Below, one piece after another: positions 1 through 8,015 of a DNA stretch of 27,042 bases; the first letter of the stretch is position 1; every line of letters starts with the position of its first letter. Both the position numbers and the translations under genes were made by a program. This stretch comes from Arenicellales bacterium (lineage in GTDB: Bacteria > Pseudomonadota > Gammaproteobacteria > Arenicellales > Poriferihabitantaceae). The stretch lies in NCBI GenBank assembly GCA_036479635.1, contig JAZGFQ010000157.1, positions 1 through 27,042 on the forward strand, given 5' to 3'. A model generated the notes under the pieces. That model was not told where the DNA came from and searched no databases. It saw only the letters and a list, made by a program, of their open reading frames with translations.

Positions 1-1505
1 GTTTTATCATTTTTTATAATGCGAGAGGATTGCGCTGCCTGTGCACCGTTCATGACACCATCCGCTTGAATCACGCCCGCTAAAAATAATGTCGCGATGG
101 CTTCAATAATGCCCGAGCCACAAATACCGGTAACGCCCGTTTTTTTGGCTTGCTCAGGAAATGATGCCTCATCCGACCATTCCTCAATGCCAATCACCTT
201 AAATTTAGGCTCTAAGGTAATTGGATCAATGCGTACTTTTTCGATTGCGCCCGGCGCGGCACGTTGCCCATGTTCAATTTGTGCGCCCTCAAAAGCAGGG
301 CCTGTCGGTGCAGAGGCTGACACGCATTTATCTTTATTGCCTAAAATAATTTCTGCATTTGTGCCGACATCTATGATTAAAGTAATCGCCTCTTGTTTAT
401 ATGGCGCTTCCGATAAAGCCACCGCTGCTGCATCTGCACCGACATGCCCAGCAATGCACGGCAACATATAAAGCCTTGCGCCCTTGGCGAGCGATAGGTT
501 TAAATCTCTCGCTGCTAAATTTAGCGATGCCTGAGTCGCTAAGGCAAAGGGTGCGCCACCCAATTCAACTGGGTCTATGCCTAATATTAAATGATGCATA
601 ATCGGGTTGGCGACACAGACAATATCTAAGACATGTTCTACCTCAAGCTTCGCCTGTAATAACAAATCTTCAATCACGGCATTAATGCCATCACGCACGG
701 CTTGAGTCATTTCCACATCGCCCCCCGCGTTCATCATGGCATACGAAACACGGCTCATCACATCTTCACCAAAACGAATTTGCGGATTCATTAAGCCACT
801 AGAAGCAAGCACGTCTCCCGTGTTTAAATCACAAAGATGTCCCGCCAGCGTAGTTGAGCCGATATCAACGGCGATGCCATAGCGCTGAGTTTGCTCGCCG
901 GGCCATATCGCAATGACGCGCGTGTCGGCATAAACTGCCAGCGTAACTTGCCATTTCCCTTTACGTAAAACGGACTGCATAACAGGTAAAATAGAGAAAT
1001 CAAACGTAAGGTTTTGCAGGCCAGCTTCAAATTCTATGGCCTCTCTTAATCGCTCTAAATCGCCCGTGGATGAGTCGAGTTGTGGCTCAGCCACATCAAC
1101 GGTATATAATTTTACCGCGGGCTTGGTCTCAATAGTTAATGCGGCCGCTTCTTTACGCACCACTTGTTGGTGCACTTGGCTTTCGGGTGGAATATCTACG
1201 ACCACATCGGCCATAATTTTAGCGCGGCAACCTAAGCGAAAACCTTGGCTTAGTTTAGTACTAGGAAAGAGCTCAATGTCAGCGGTGGTCAATTTCGATA
1301 AATGTGTGCCTTTTGAAGTTATTTGATGCTTAGTAAATTCACCTTCAGAGATTTGAATTTTACATCGACCACAGACCCCGTTGCCCCCACAAACCGTATC
1401 CAAATCTGCGCCAAGCGTGCGTGCAGCGGTTAAAATATCGGTGCCTTTATCAACCTCTCCGCGTATGCCTGAAGGGGTGAAAACGATTTTTACTTTATCC
1501 GTCAC
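1..1505 (-). CDS. ASKHA-domain corrinoid reductive activase (RamA/RACo-like, DUF4445) with N-terminal 2Fe-2S ferredoxin; 3' end runs off the window
   Basis: Not in the ORF track because it is truncated; translated by hand. GTG at 1505 gives MTDKVKIVFTPSGIRGEVDKG...CGGNGVCGRC...RLGCRAKI (2Fe-2S Cys pattern), then YGIAVDIGSTT (ASKHA phosphate-1 motif). The frame is open at both ends checked (GVMNGAQAAQSSRIIKNDK at the window edge). It starts 8 nt after the GFA stop. Confidence 0.9.
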   Translation of the reverse strand, partial: MTDKVKIVFTPSGIRGEVDKGTDILTAARTLGADLDTVCGGNGVCGRCKIQISEGEFTKHQITSKGTHLSKLTTADIELFPSTKLSQGFRLGCRAKIMADVVVDIPPESQVHQQVVRKEAAALTIETKPAVKLYTVDVAEPQLDSSTGDLERLREAIEFEAGLQNLTFDFSILPVMQSVLRKGKWQVTLAVYADTRVIAIWPGEQTQRYGIAVDIGSTTLAGHLCDLNTGDVLASSGLMNPQIRFGEDVMSRVSYAMMNAGGDVEMTQAVRDGINAVIEDLLLQAKLEVEHVLDIVCVANPIMHHLILGIDPVELGGAPFALATQASLNLAARDLNLSLAKGARLYMLPCIAGHVGADAAAVALSEAPYKQEAITLIIDVGTNAEIILGNKDKCVSASAPTGPAFEGAQIEHGQRAAPGAIEKVRIDPITLEPKFKVIGIEEWSDEASFPEQAKKTGVTGICGSGIIEAIATLFLAGVIQADGVMNGAQAAQSSRIIKNDK

Positions 1506-1513
1506 AGTCTTAA

Positions 1514-1918
1514 TTATGTTGGAATATCAAAATAATCACTGGCCTCTTCAGCAAACATATGGCTCACTGTTTTTAAACCTGTGGGCTTATCAAGCGTACC
1601 TGCCATCACGCTGATCTCAGCATTAATCAATCTTTTCCAAAATAGATTGCCGCCACATTTTCCGCAAAACCCACGCTTAAAACCCTGACTAGATTCATAC
1701 CATTTCAAAGTTTCATCTTCAATGAGTTTTAAATTTTTTTCCTTCACCCGCGTTGCCGCCACATGATGCCCGCTGGTTTTTTGGCATTGCGTACAGTAAC
1801 AATTCACCACGCCACGCACCTTGCCTTCAATACGATATTGAACACCACCGCATAAACAACTGCCGTTTAAATCAGCGGTATGATTAAATTTAAGTTTATT
1901 AATCTCTGTTTTTTTCAT
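1514..1918 (-). CDS. GFA / CENP-V family Zn-binding protein (glutathione-dependent formaldehyde-activating enzyme family)
   Basis: GSCLCG, NCYCTQCQK and RGFCGKCG Cys motifs; 134 aa. Confidence 0.9.
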   Translation of the reverse strand: MKKTEINKLKFNHTADLNGSCLCGGVQYRIEGKVRGVVNCYCTQCQKTSGHHVAATRVKEKNLKLIEDETLKWYESSQGFKRGFCGKCGGNLFWKRLINAEISVMAGTLDKPTGLKTVSHMFAEEASDYFDIPT

Positions 1919-1936
1919 CTTATCGTGCCAGTAAAA

Positions 1937-2839
1937 CTATGCTTTCTTCCTGCGCCTCGAACGACGGCGCCCACCTTGCTCATCACCGCCTTCTGCCTGT
2001 TCACGATTGACTGAGATCCATCGAGCACAATGTTCATCATTTCCCATTACCACATCCGCTGCGCGCACCGCTTGTACCACTTCAGAGTGAAGTGGGTTAA
2101 CGATGGCAGAAGTCATTCCTGCTCCCATCGCCATGCTAATAAATGAGGCATTCATGCCGTTACGATTCGGTAATCCGAAACTAAAATTCGACGCACCACA
2201 GGTCGTGTTTACTTTCAGCTCATAACGCAACCGTGTGATAAGTTGCATCACTTGCCTGCCTGCATCATTAATCGCACCCACTGGCATCACTAAAGGATCA
2301 ACCACCACATCTTCAGGCTTAATGCCGTAATCTTGGGCGCGCTCAACAATTTTCTTCGCCACCGCATAGCGAACATCAGGGTCTTCAGAAATACCCGTCT
2401 CATCATTTGAAATCGCCACCACTGCCGCACCATATTTCTTTACCAAAGGAAGCACTTTCTCCATTTGTTCTTCTTCACCTGTGACTGAATTCACCAAGGC
2501 TCGGCCTTGATATACAGACAACCCAGCTTCCAAAGCGGCTATGATGGATGAATCTATCGATAAAGGCACATCGGTGATCGACTGTACTAACTGAATGGTC
2601 TCAGCCAAAATTCTAGGCTCGTCGGCCAGCGGAATACCTGCATTGACATCTAGCATTTGCGCACCCGCCGCAATTTGTGCGCGCACGTCTTTCTCAACAC
2701 GGCTGTAATTACCCACCTTCATTTCCTTAGCAAGAATTTTACGCCCCGTCGGATTAATACGTTCACCAATCATCACAAAGGGTTGATCAAAACCAATAAT
2801 CACTTCTTTACTTGCCGAACTTAAACGTGTGTGTGTCAT
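1937..2839 (-). CDS. Stand-alone pterin-binding methyltetrahydrofolate:corrinoid methyltransferase (MetH pterin domain / AcsE-like)
   Basis: MIGERINPTGRK, LDVNAG, PLSIDSS, LVNSVTGE, VVDPLVMP and GASNFSFGLP motifs of the DHPS-fold MeTr family; ends in an Arg-rich tail. Confidence 0.92.
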   Translation of the reverse strand: MTHTRLSSASKEVIIGFDQPFVMIGERINPTGRKILAKEMKVGNYSRVEKDVRAQIAAGAQMLDVNAGIPLADEPRILAETIQLVQSITDVPLSIDSSIIAALEAGLSVYQGRALVNSVTGEEEQMEKVLPLVKKYGAAVVAISNDETGISEDPDVRYAVAKKIVERAQDYGIKPEDVVVDPLVMPVGAINDAGRQVMQLITRLRYELKVNTTCGASNFSFGLPNRNGMNASFISMAMGAGMTSAIVNPLHSEVVQAVRAADVVMGNDEHCARWISVNREQAEGGDEQGGRRRSRRRKKA

Positions 2840-2865
2840 TTTTTAATCACTTTAAAATATTAAAA

Positions 2866-3885
2866 TTAAGCAGTAGGTTGCCAGGGTTGTCTATCGCCCA
2901 GTACTCCTGATGCTTTCACGATACTCTTAACGGCCTCTTCTTGCCGATACGCCATAATATGCACGCCCGAGACACCCTCAATTTCTTGTAGTTGCTGAAT
3001 AAGCTCTACACAAATCTTTCGTCCTTCAGTTTTTTGTTTTTTGCCTGCGCCTTCTAAACGCTGAATAATCGCATCAGGGATATGAATGCCCGGCACGTTA
3101 TCACGGATCCATGATGCTGATTTAGCCGACGCCATTGGTCCAATACCTGCCAAAATAAAAACATCATCCAACAAACCTAAATCACCGACCTTAGCCATGT
3201 AATCTTTAAACATTGGGATATCAAAGCAATATTGGGTTTGAATAAACTGTGCGCCTGCTTGTATTTTACTGGCCAAACGCTGTGCACGAAAATCTGCGGG
3301 CGGCGCAAAAGGGTTGGCGGCTGCGCCGATAAATAATCTTGGCGGCGTGTCTAAATCACGGCCGCTCAAAAAGCGGCTTTCATCGCGCATCATCTTGACT
3401 GTTTTTAATAAGGTCATTGATCCTAAATCAAACACCGGCTTTGATTCTGGATGATCCCCTGCTAATACACCATCACCCGTTAAGCACAAAACATTGGCTA
3501 CTCCAAAAGCAGCGGCGCCTAAAATTTCGCCTTGAATAGCAATACGATTTCGATCTCGGCAGGCCATTTGCAGCACCGTTGAGTAACCTTTGCGCGCAAG
3601 TAATGCACTCACGGCAATGCTCGACATATGACAATTCGCGCCTGAACCATCGGTGGCGTTAATGCCATCAACGACACCATCAAACATCGCCGCACGGCGA
3701 TACACTTCATTCGGGTCTGCAGAATCTGGAGGCGCGAGTTCTGAGGTTACCGCGAAAGCGCCTGAACGTAAAACACGCTCTAATCTCCCCGGTGAACTAT
3801 GGCCTTTTAGAATCGCTAAGTTTTCCCCAGCCCTAGGTTCATCTACATTGGTCTCATCTACAAGAACGTCATCAAGATCCGACAT
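2866..3885 (-). CDS. metF: Methylenetetrahydrofolate reductase (MetF-like, MetV-associated type)
   Basis: VTSELAPP, NATDG, CRDRNR, LTGD and FIQTQYCFD motifs. Start placed at ATG 3885 (MSDLDD), which overlaps the upstream stop (TAATG). The track's 4053 start overlaps the upstream gene. Confidence 0.88.
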   Translation of the reverse strand: MSDLDDVLVDETNVDEPRAGENLAILKGHSSPGRLERVLRSGAFAVTSELAPPDSADPNEVYRRAAMFDGVVDGINATDGSGANCHMSSIAVSALLARKGYSTVLQMACRDRNRIAIQGEILGAAAFGVANVLCLTGDGVLAGDHPESKPVFDLGSMTLLKTVKMMRDESRFLSGRDLDTPPRLFIGAAANPFAPPADFRAQRLASKIQAGAQFIQTQYCFDIPMFKDYMAKVGDLGLLDDVFILAGIGPMASAKSASWIRDNVPGIHIPDAIIQRLEGAGKKQKTEGRKICVELIQQLQEIEGVSGVHIMAYRQEEAVKSIVKASGVLGDRQPWQPTA

Positions 3886-4367
3886 TAATTTTGCTCTGCA
3901 TCTTGATGCTTTAAACGCACTGCCCTTAACCAAGAAGAGTGGCCCGCTAAACGATGATCCACTGGGAATTGCACCGCTAAAATTGAGCTGACAGGCGCAT
4001 CTTGCTTGCCCGCGCCTGTCATTAATTGCTGCCCGCGCCAGGCTTCCACCCATACGCAGTTCATGTTTTCATCTAACTCACACTTTCCATTTGCGCGCAC
4101 GCCACCACAAGGGCCATTGCGTAATTTCTTAGGGCAATTCATCGGGCAAGACATACCTGTATCATGTAAAGCACATTGGCCGCACATCTGGCAATCGAAC
4201 AAAAAACCTTTAACATGCTTCTCTATAAAGGCGAGTGGCTTTTCTACGCGCTCATAGCCTAGCTTCATCCAGAAGGGCTCAAGCCAAACCAGCACCTTCT
4301 CTAATTTTTGATAAATAAAATCAAATTTAGCCGCACGTGAAACCGACCACTTACGCATAAGATACAT
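3885..4367 (-). CDS. MTHFR C-terminal-domain / MetV-like Cys-rich protein
   Basis: Eight Cys in CQMCGQC...SCPMNCPK...GPCGG...KC...NCVW. Start placed at ATG 4367 (MYLMRKW), 1 nt after the upstream stop. Confidence 0.88.
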   Translation of the reverse strand: MYLMRKWSVSRAAKFDFIYQKLEKVLVWLEPFWMKLGYERVEKPLAFIEKHVKGFLFDCQMCGQCALHDTGMSCPMNCPKKLRNGPCGGVRANGKCELDENMNCVWVEAWRGQQLMTGAGKQDAPVSSILAVQFPVDHRLAGHSSWLRAVRLKHQDAEQN

Positions 4368-4368
4368 T

Positions 4369-4686
4369 TTATGATGTCGCGATGGATAGCGCTGGAGTAA
4401 CGCCCTTATTTTTAATGATCCTCTCCAATAATTCATCGCTGTATGCCGATTCAATTTCTGCAGTCTTTGCTTTTACTATGGCCTCCATTTCACCCGCAAT
4501 TTTTTCATTCACACGCTGCCAATCATCGATATAAGCATCCGCATCTATTTTTTTTGCGCGCATTGCTGCGCGATCAATCGCAATTTGAAAACGGTTTGAT
4601 AATTGATGCCTAACGCGGTTACGCCCTTGTTTGGCCATGACCTGCGCAGGAATATCACGCCAATATATTATGATTAAATTAGGCAT
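4369..4686 (-). CDS. 'Virulence factor' family small protein (PF13769-like), function unknown
   Basis: IIYWRDIPAQV...RFQIAIDRAAM...DAYIDDW signature; overlaps the DUF1638 stop by 8 nt. Confidence 0.8.
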   Translation of the reverse strand: MPNLIIIYWRDIPAQVMAKQGRNRVRHQLSNRFQIAIDRAAMRAKKIDADAYIDDWQRVNEKIAGEMEAIVKAKTAEIESAYSDELLERIIKNKGVTPALSIATS

Positions 4687-5317
4687 AGCGGTGTTGCGGC
4701 ACAGAGACGTTCATCGTTTGGTTTAAAGTACTGCCTAGTGCACCATATTCAGTATAGTGATATTCAAAAGCTAGGCCCAATGTTTGAGCATGTTGCTCGG
4801 CTAAAATTTTTAAAGTTTCTGAAGGTGTTTGTGCAAGATAAACCAGTTTTTTATAGTTGCCAAAATACATCTCTAGCAATTCAGGTTTACGATCCAATCC
4901 TAAAGCGCGCCAAACGTAAGTATCAAAATGCTGTGTTAAGAAATCGGTTAAATAAAACGTGCCTAACTCCGCTTCATGCAAAGCCGCAAATTGTGCGCTG
5001 CCTGCAAAAAACTCATAGCAGTGTGCGCCCGGTAAACGGCTGATGTTTAACTTGGTTTTTTGTACTGCCTTTTCAATCACGCTATCCAGCCTTCCGCCTG
5101 TACCGCAATCACCATAAGCGATTAATATGTCATGGTTGTTTTTTGCATGAATTTTATCAATCGCCACCTCAACTGCCTGCGGAATCTTATCTGGGGTTTG
5201 ATGATAATGTGCTGGCAAACACGTTACATTCATTTCATTCCAGCCATTCAGCTTTTTTAAAGCAATCAACTCATTTGCCAATGCACCGCAAGCTAAAATA
5301 TTTAAAGGCTTTAACAT
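4679..5317 (-). CDS. DUF1638 protein (corrinoid-system accessory)
   Basis: ILACGAL, LPAHYH..P, YGDCGTGG, GAHCYEFF and GTFYLTDFL motifs. Confidence 0.88.
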   Translation of the reverse strand: MLKPLNILACGALANELIALKKLNGWNEMNVTCLPAHYHQTPDKIPQAVEVAIDKIHAKNNHDILIAYGDCGTGGRLDSVIEKAVQKTKLNISRLPGAHCYEFFAGSAQFAALHEAELGTFYLTDFLTQHFDTYVWRALGLDRKPELLEMYFGNYKKLVYLAQTPSETLKILAEQHAQTLGLAFEYHYTEYGALGSTLNQTMNVSVPQHRYA

Positions 5318-5335
5318 AGCTTATTATTCTAACGT

Positions 5336-6043
5336 TTAGGCCGCTCGGCGCGCAGCGATTAACGCATTCGCGATATCAACGGTTGACGCGGCATCCCGAC
5401 AATACGAATCAGCACCCACCGCATCACCGAATTCTTCATTCAACGGCGCACCGCCGACTAAAACAATATATTTATCTCTAAGGCCTTGGTTAACCAATTC
5501 ATCAATCACGACTTTCATATAAGGCATGGTGGTGGTCAACAGAGCGGACATGCCTAGGATGTCTGGCTTATGCTCTTCTAGTGCTGCAAAGTAATCTTCC
5601 ACGGTGTTGTTAATGCCAATATCAATCACTTCATAACCCGCGCCTTCCATCATCATCCACACCAGGTTTTTACCGATATCATGGATATCTCCTTTGACTG
5701 TACCAATCACCATCTTCCCCGCGCTTGAACCTTCTGACTCTGATAGCAAAGGTTTTAAAATCGCCATTCCGCCTTTCATGGCATTGGCAGAAGATAAGAC
5801 CTCTGGCACGAATAAAATACCGTCTCTAAAATCAACGCCTACAATTGTCATGCCGCCGACTAAGGGTTCATTTAAGACCTTATCTGCAGACCAACCACGC
5901 TTTAGTAATATCTCCGTGCCTTCAATGACCTCTTCGCGTAAACCGTCGTACAAATCATCTTGCATTTGTTCAACCAGCTCATCATCGGGCAGGGCATTTA
6001 AATCTATGTCTTCATCATCGAAATTGTCGTCTTGCTCGCTCAT
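5336..6043 (-). CDS. Stand-alone cobalamin-binding (corrinoid) protein with B12 cap and Rossmann domains
   Basis: GTVKGDIHDIGKNLV (DxHxxG base-off His-on motif), GMSALLTTTM and VLVGGAP; preceded by a helical cap. Start at ATG 6043 (GTG 6052 is an alternative). Confidence 0.95.
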   Translation of the reverse strand: MSEQDDNFDDEDIDLNALPDDELVEQMQDDLYDGLREEVIEGTEILLKRGWSADKVLNEPLVGGMTIVGVDFRDGILFVPEVLSSANAMKGGMAILKPLLSESEGSSAGKMVIGTVKGDIHDIGKNLVWMMMEGAGYEVIDIGINNTVEDYFAALEEHKPDILGMSALLTTTMPYMKVVIDELVNQGLRDKYIVLVGGAPLNEEFGDAVGADSYCRDAASTVDIANALIAARRAA

Positions 6044-6118
6044 ATTACACACTCAAACATTAAGAGAATCGTTATATTTAGAGCATATTTTATTCACCAA
6101 TTTACGCCCATAAATTAA

Positions 6119-6144
6119 CGACTTATGGTTGCCTAGAAACGACA
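6119..6144 (-). promoter_or_regulatory. Candidate AraC/GlxA (GATR)-family operator, direct repeat with 21-bp period
   Basis: Minus strand reads TGTCGT-N8-AA-N5-AGTCGT, about 76 nt upstream of the corrinoid gene. It resembles the TGTCGC-N8-AA-N5 half-site known for Pseudomonas ArgR. Confidence 0.5.
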
Positions 6145-6216
6145 AAACCACCTATAAAGCTCATTTATCAAGCCTTACATTTTGCACACCTATTTTATCT
6201 CTATGGTTCTGCCCAT

Positions 6217-6251
6217 AAAAAAAGCCCATGGTCGTTTGACCATGGGCTTTT
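6217..6251 (-). terminator. Intrinsic terminator of the BCCT gene
   Basis: Perfect stem AAAAGCCCATGGTC / GACCATGGGCTTTT with a 4-nt loop; T7 tract on the minus strand; about 20 nt after the BCCT stop. Confidence 0.9.
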
Positions 6252-6271
6252 ATATATTCGTACTTTAGAGC

Positions 6272-7894
6272 TTACAGCGAGCGTAATTCTTCACGCAAGC
6301 CTTTAAAGATCGAAACACACATCAGCAGCAGGATAATCGCAAATGGCAGCCCCGTCGCCACCGAGGCGGCCTGCAGGGCCACGAGGCCCCCACTCCAAAG
6401 TAAAACAATCGCAATAGCGCCTTCGAATAAACACCATAGCACCCGTTGAGCGACAGGCGCATCAATTTTGCCGCCCGCCGTGATCGAGTCTATGACGAGG
6501 GAACCTGAATCAGAAGAGGTGACAAAAAAGGTAATGACCAATACGATGCCAATAAATGATAATAAGCCCGCTAATGGAAAACCGCCATCGAACATAGTGA
6601 ACATCGCCTTGGCATAGCCGTTATTCACTTGCTCAGCCAATGCGCTGTTATAAACGGTTGTTGTTGCTGCTGGATCCTCTGCAGTCGGCGCGGCTACCGA
6701 GACAATCGCATTTTCTAAACTACCCGCTTGTGATATCACTTGATCAATTGCTGAACCACCAAAAGCGGACATCCATAAAATAGAGACAATAGTGGGTACA
6801 ATCAATACGCAAGTAACGAATTCTCTAACAGTACGGCCTTTAGAGACGCGCGCAATAAACATGCCCACAAAAGGTGACCAAGCAATCCACCATGCCCAAT
6901 AGAACGTCGTCCAATCGTGTAAAAAACCGGTGTCTTCACGGCCTACCCAATTACTTAGAGGCACAATGTTTTTAGCATAAGCCGCTGTATTACTGAAAAA
7001 GCCTTTAATGATTTCCATGGTTGGGCCGAGAACAATCACCGCCACCATTAATAATAAAGCCAAAATAATATTAAATTCACTTAAACGTTTTACACCTTTA
7101 TCTAAGCCTGCTACCACTGATGCCAATGCGGCAAATGTGATCAATACAATCAAAATCGTTTGTGTCATCGCGCCGACTTCTATTCCAAACAAATAATTTA
7201 ATCCCGCATTCGCTTGTTGAGCACCTAAGCCGAGAGATGTTGCCAAGCCGAAGATCGTTGCAAACACCGCGAGAATATCGATAACATGACCAACCCAACC
7301 CCAGACTGCTTCACCAAAAATAGGGTAAAAAGCGGAGCGTATGGTTAAAGGTAGCCCACGGTTATAAGTGAAAAAAGCTAAGGCCAAGCCCACAACGGCA
7401 TAGATCGCCCATGGGTGTAAGCCCCAATGAAAGATGGTAACAGCAAAGGCCATTTCGCGGCTTTCGCTCACGCCTAATGGCGCGTAACCCCACACACCTG
7501 CAGCATAGACCACAGGCTCTGCCACACTCCAGAACATCAAACCAATGCCCATGCCCGCAGCGAATAACATCGCAAACCATGAGAGCCGCGAATAATCAGG
7601 CGTGGCATCTTTCCCGCCTAACCGTACTTTACCCATAGGCGAGACGATCAAAGCAATACAAAATAAAACGAAAATGTTACCTGCTATTAAAAAGAACCAA
7701 TCAAATTGGCTGGTAATGCTTTTGCGTAAGCCACCAAAGAACTCGCCCGCCGCTTCACCTGCCACCACCGACGCCACTAGAAACAAAATAATGACGATGG
7801 TTGATATTAGAAAGACGGGGTTGTGGATATCTAGGCCCCACATTTTGACGTTATCTTGCCCGACTTTATAGTCTGTTGTTTTTACTTTATTCAT
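6272..7894 (-). CDS. BCCT family betaine/choline/carnitine transporter (betaine-type signature)
   Basis: WFAMLFAAGMGIGLMFW, FHWGLHPWAIY, WTTFYWAWWIAWSPFVGMFIARVSKGRT and FFVTSSDSG motifs; about 12 hydrophobic segments. Confidence 0.96.
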   Translation of the reverse strand: MNKVKTTDYKVGQDNVKMWGLDIHNPVFLISTIVIILFLVASVVAGEAAGEFFGGLRKSITSQFDWFFLIAGNIFVLFCIALIVSPMGKVRLGGKDATPDYSRLSWFAMLFAAGMGIGLMFWSVAEPVVYAAGVWGYAPLGVSESREMAFAVTIFHWGLHPWAIYAVVGLALAFFTYNRGLPLTIRSAFYPIFGEAVWGWVGHVIDILAVFATIFGLATSLGLGAQQANAGLNYLFGIEVGAMTQTILIVLITFAALASVVAGLDKGVKRLSEFNIILALLLMVAVIVLGPTMEIIKGFFSNTAAYAKNIVPLSNWVGREDTGFLHDWTTFYWAWWIAWSPFVGMFIARVSKGRTVREFVTCVLIVPTIVSILWMSAFGGSAIDQVISQAGSLENAIVSVAAPTAEDPAATTTVYNSALAEQVNNGYAKAMFTMFDGGFPLAGLLSFIGIVLVITFFVTSSDSGSLVIDSITAGGKIDAPVAQRVLWCLFEGAIAIVLLWSGGLVALQAASVATGLPFAIILLLMCVSIFKGLREELRSL

Positions 7895-8015
7895 CTATTT
7901 GCCTCAAATATGATTAGAGAAATGTGCTTATTATTATTTCTAATATACTAATCTTTGAAAGGATAGATTTCCGTCTCATTTGCGACGCTTATATAAGTTT
8001 ATTACTTCAAACTGG

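Noticed and set aside
97-1614. ORF-track entries 97..471, 401..601, 824..1030, 1036..1326 and 1381..1614
   Set aside because: Shadows of the long minus-strand ASKHA gene (1..1505) and the GFA gene; no motifs.
3886-4053. 56-aa N-terminal extension of MetF in the ORF track
   Set aside because: Overlaps the conserved MetV Cys region in another frame. The TAATG coupling at 3885 is the better start; the extension is kept only as context for the frameshift idea.
4368-4454. Upstream extension of the MetV ORF
   Set aside because: Overlaps the 3' end of the PF13769 gene; ATG 4367 fits the operon spacing.
4738-6113. Plus-strand ORFs 4738..5043 and 5694..6113
   Set aside because: Antisense to DUF1638 and the corrinoid protein; no recognisable family.
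6044-6216. Possible cobalamin or SAM riboswitch upstream of the corrinoid operon
   Set aside because: AT-rich with no B12-box (GCCACTG / GGGAAG) or SAM consensus visible; an Infernal/Rfam scan would be decisive.
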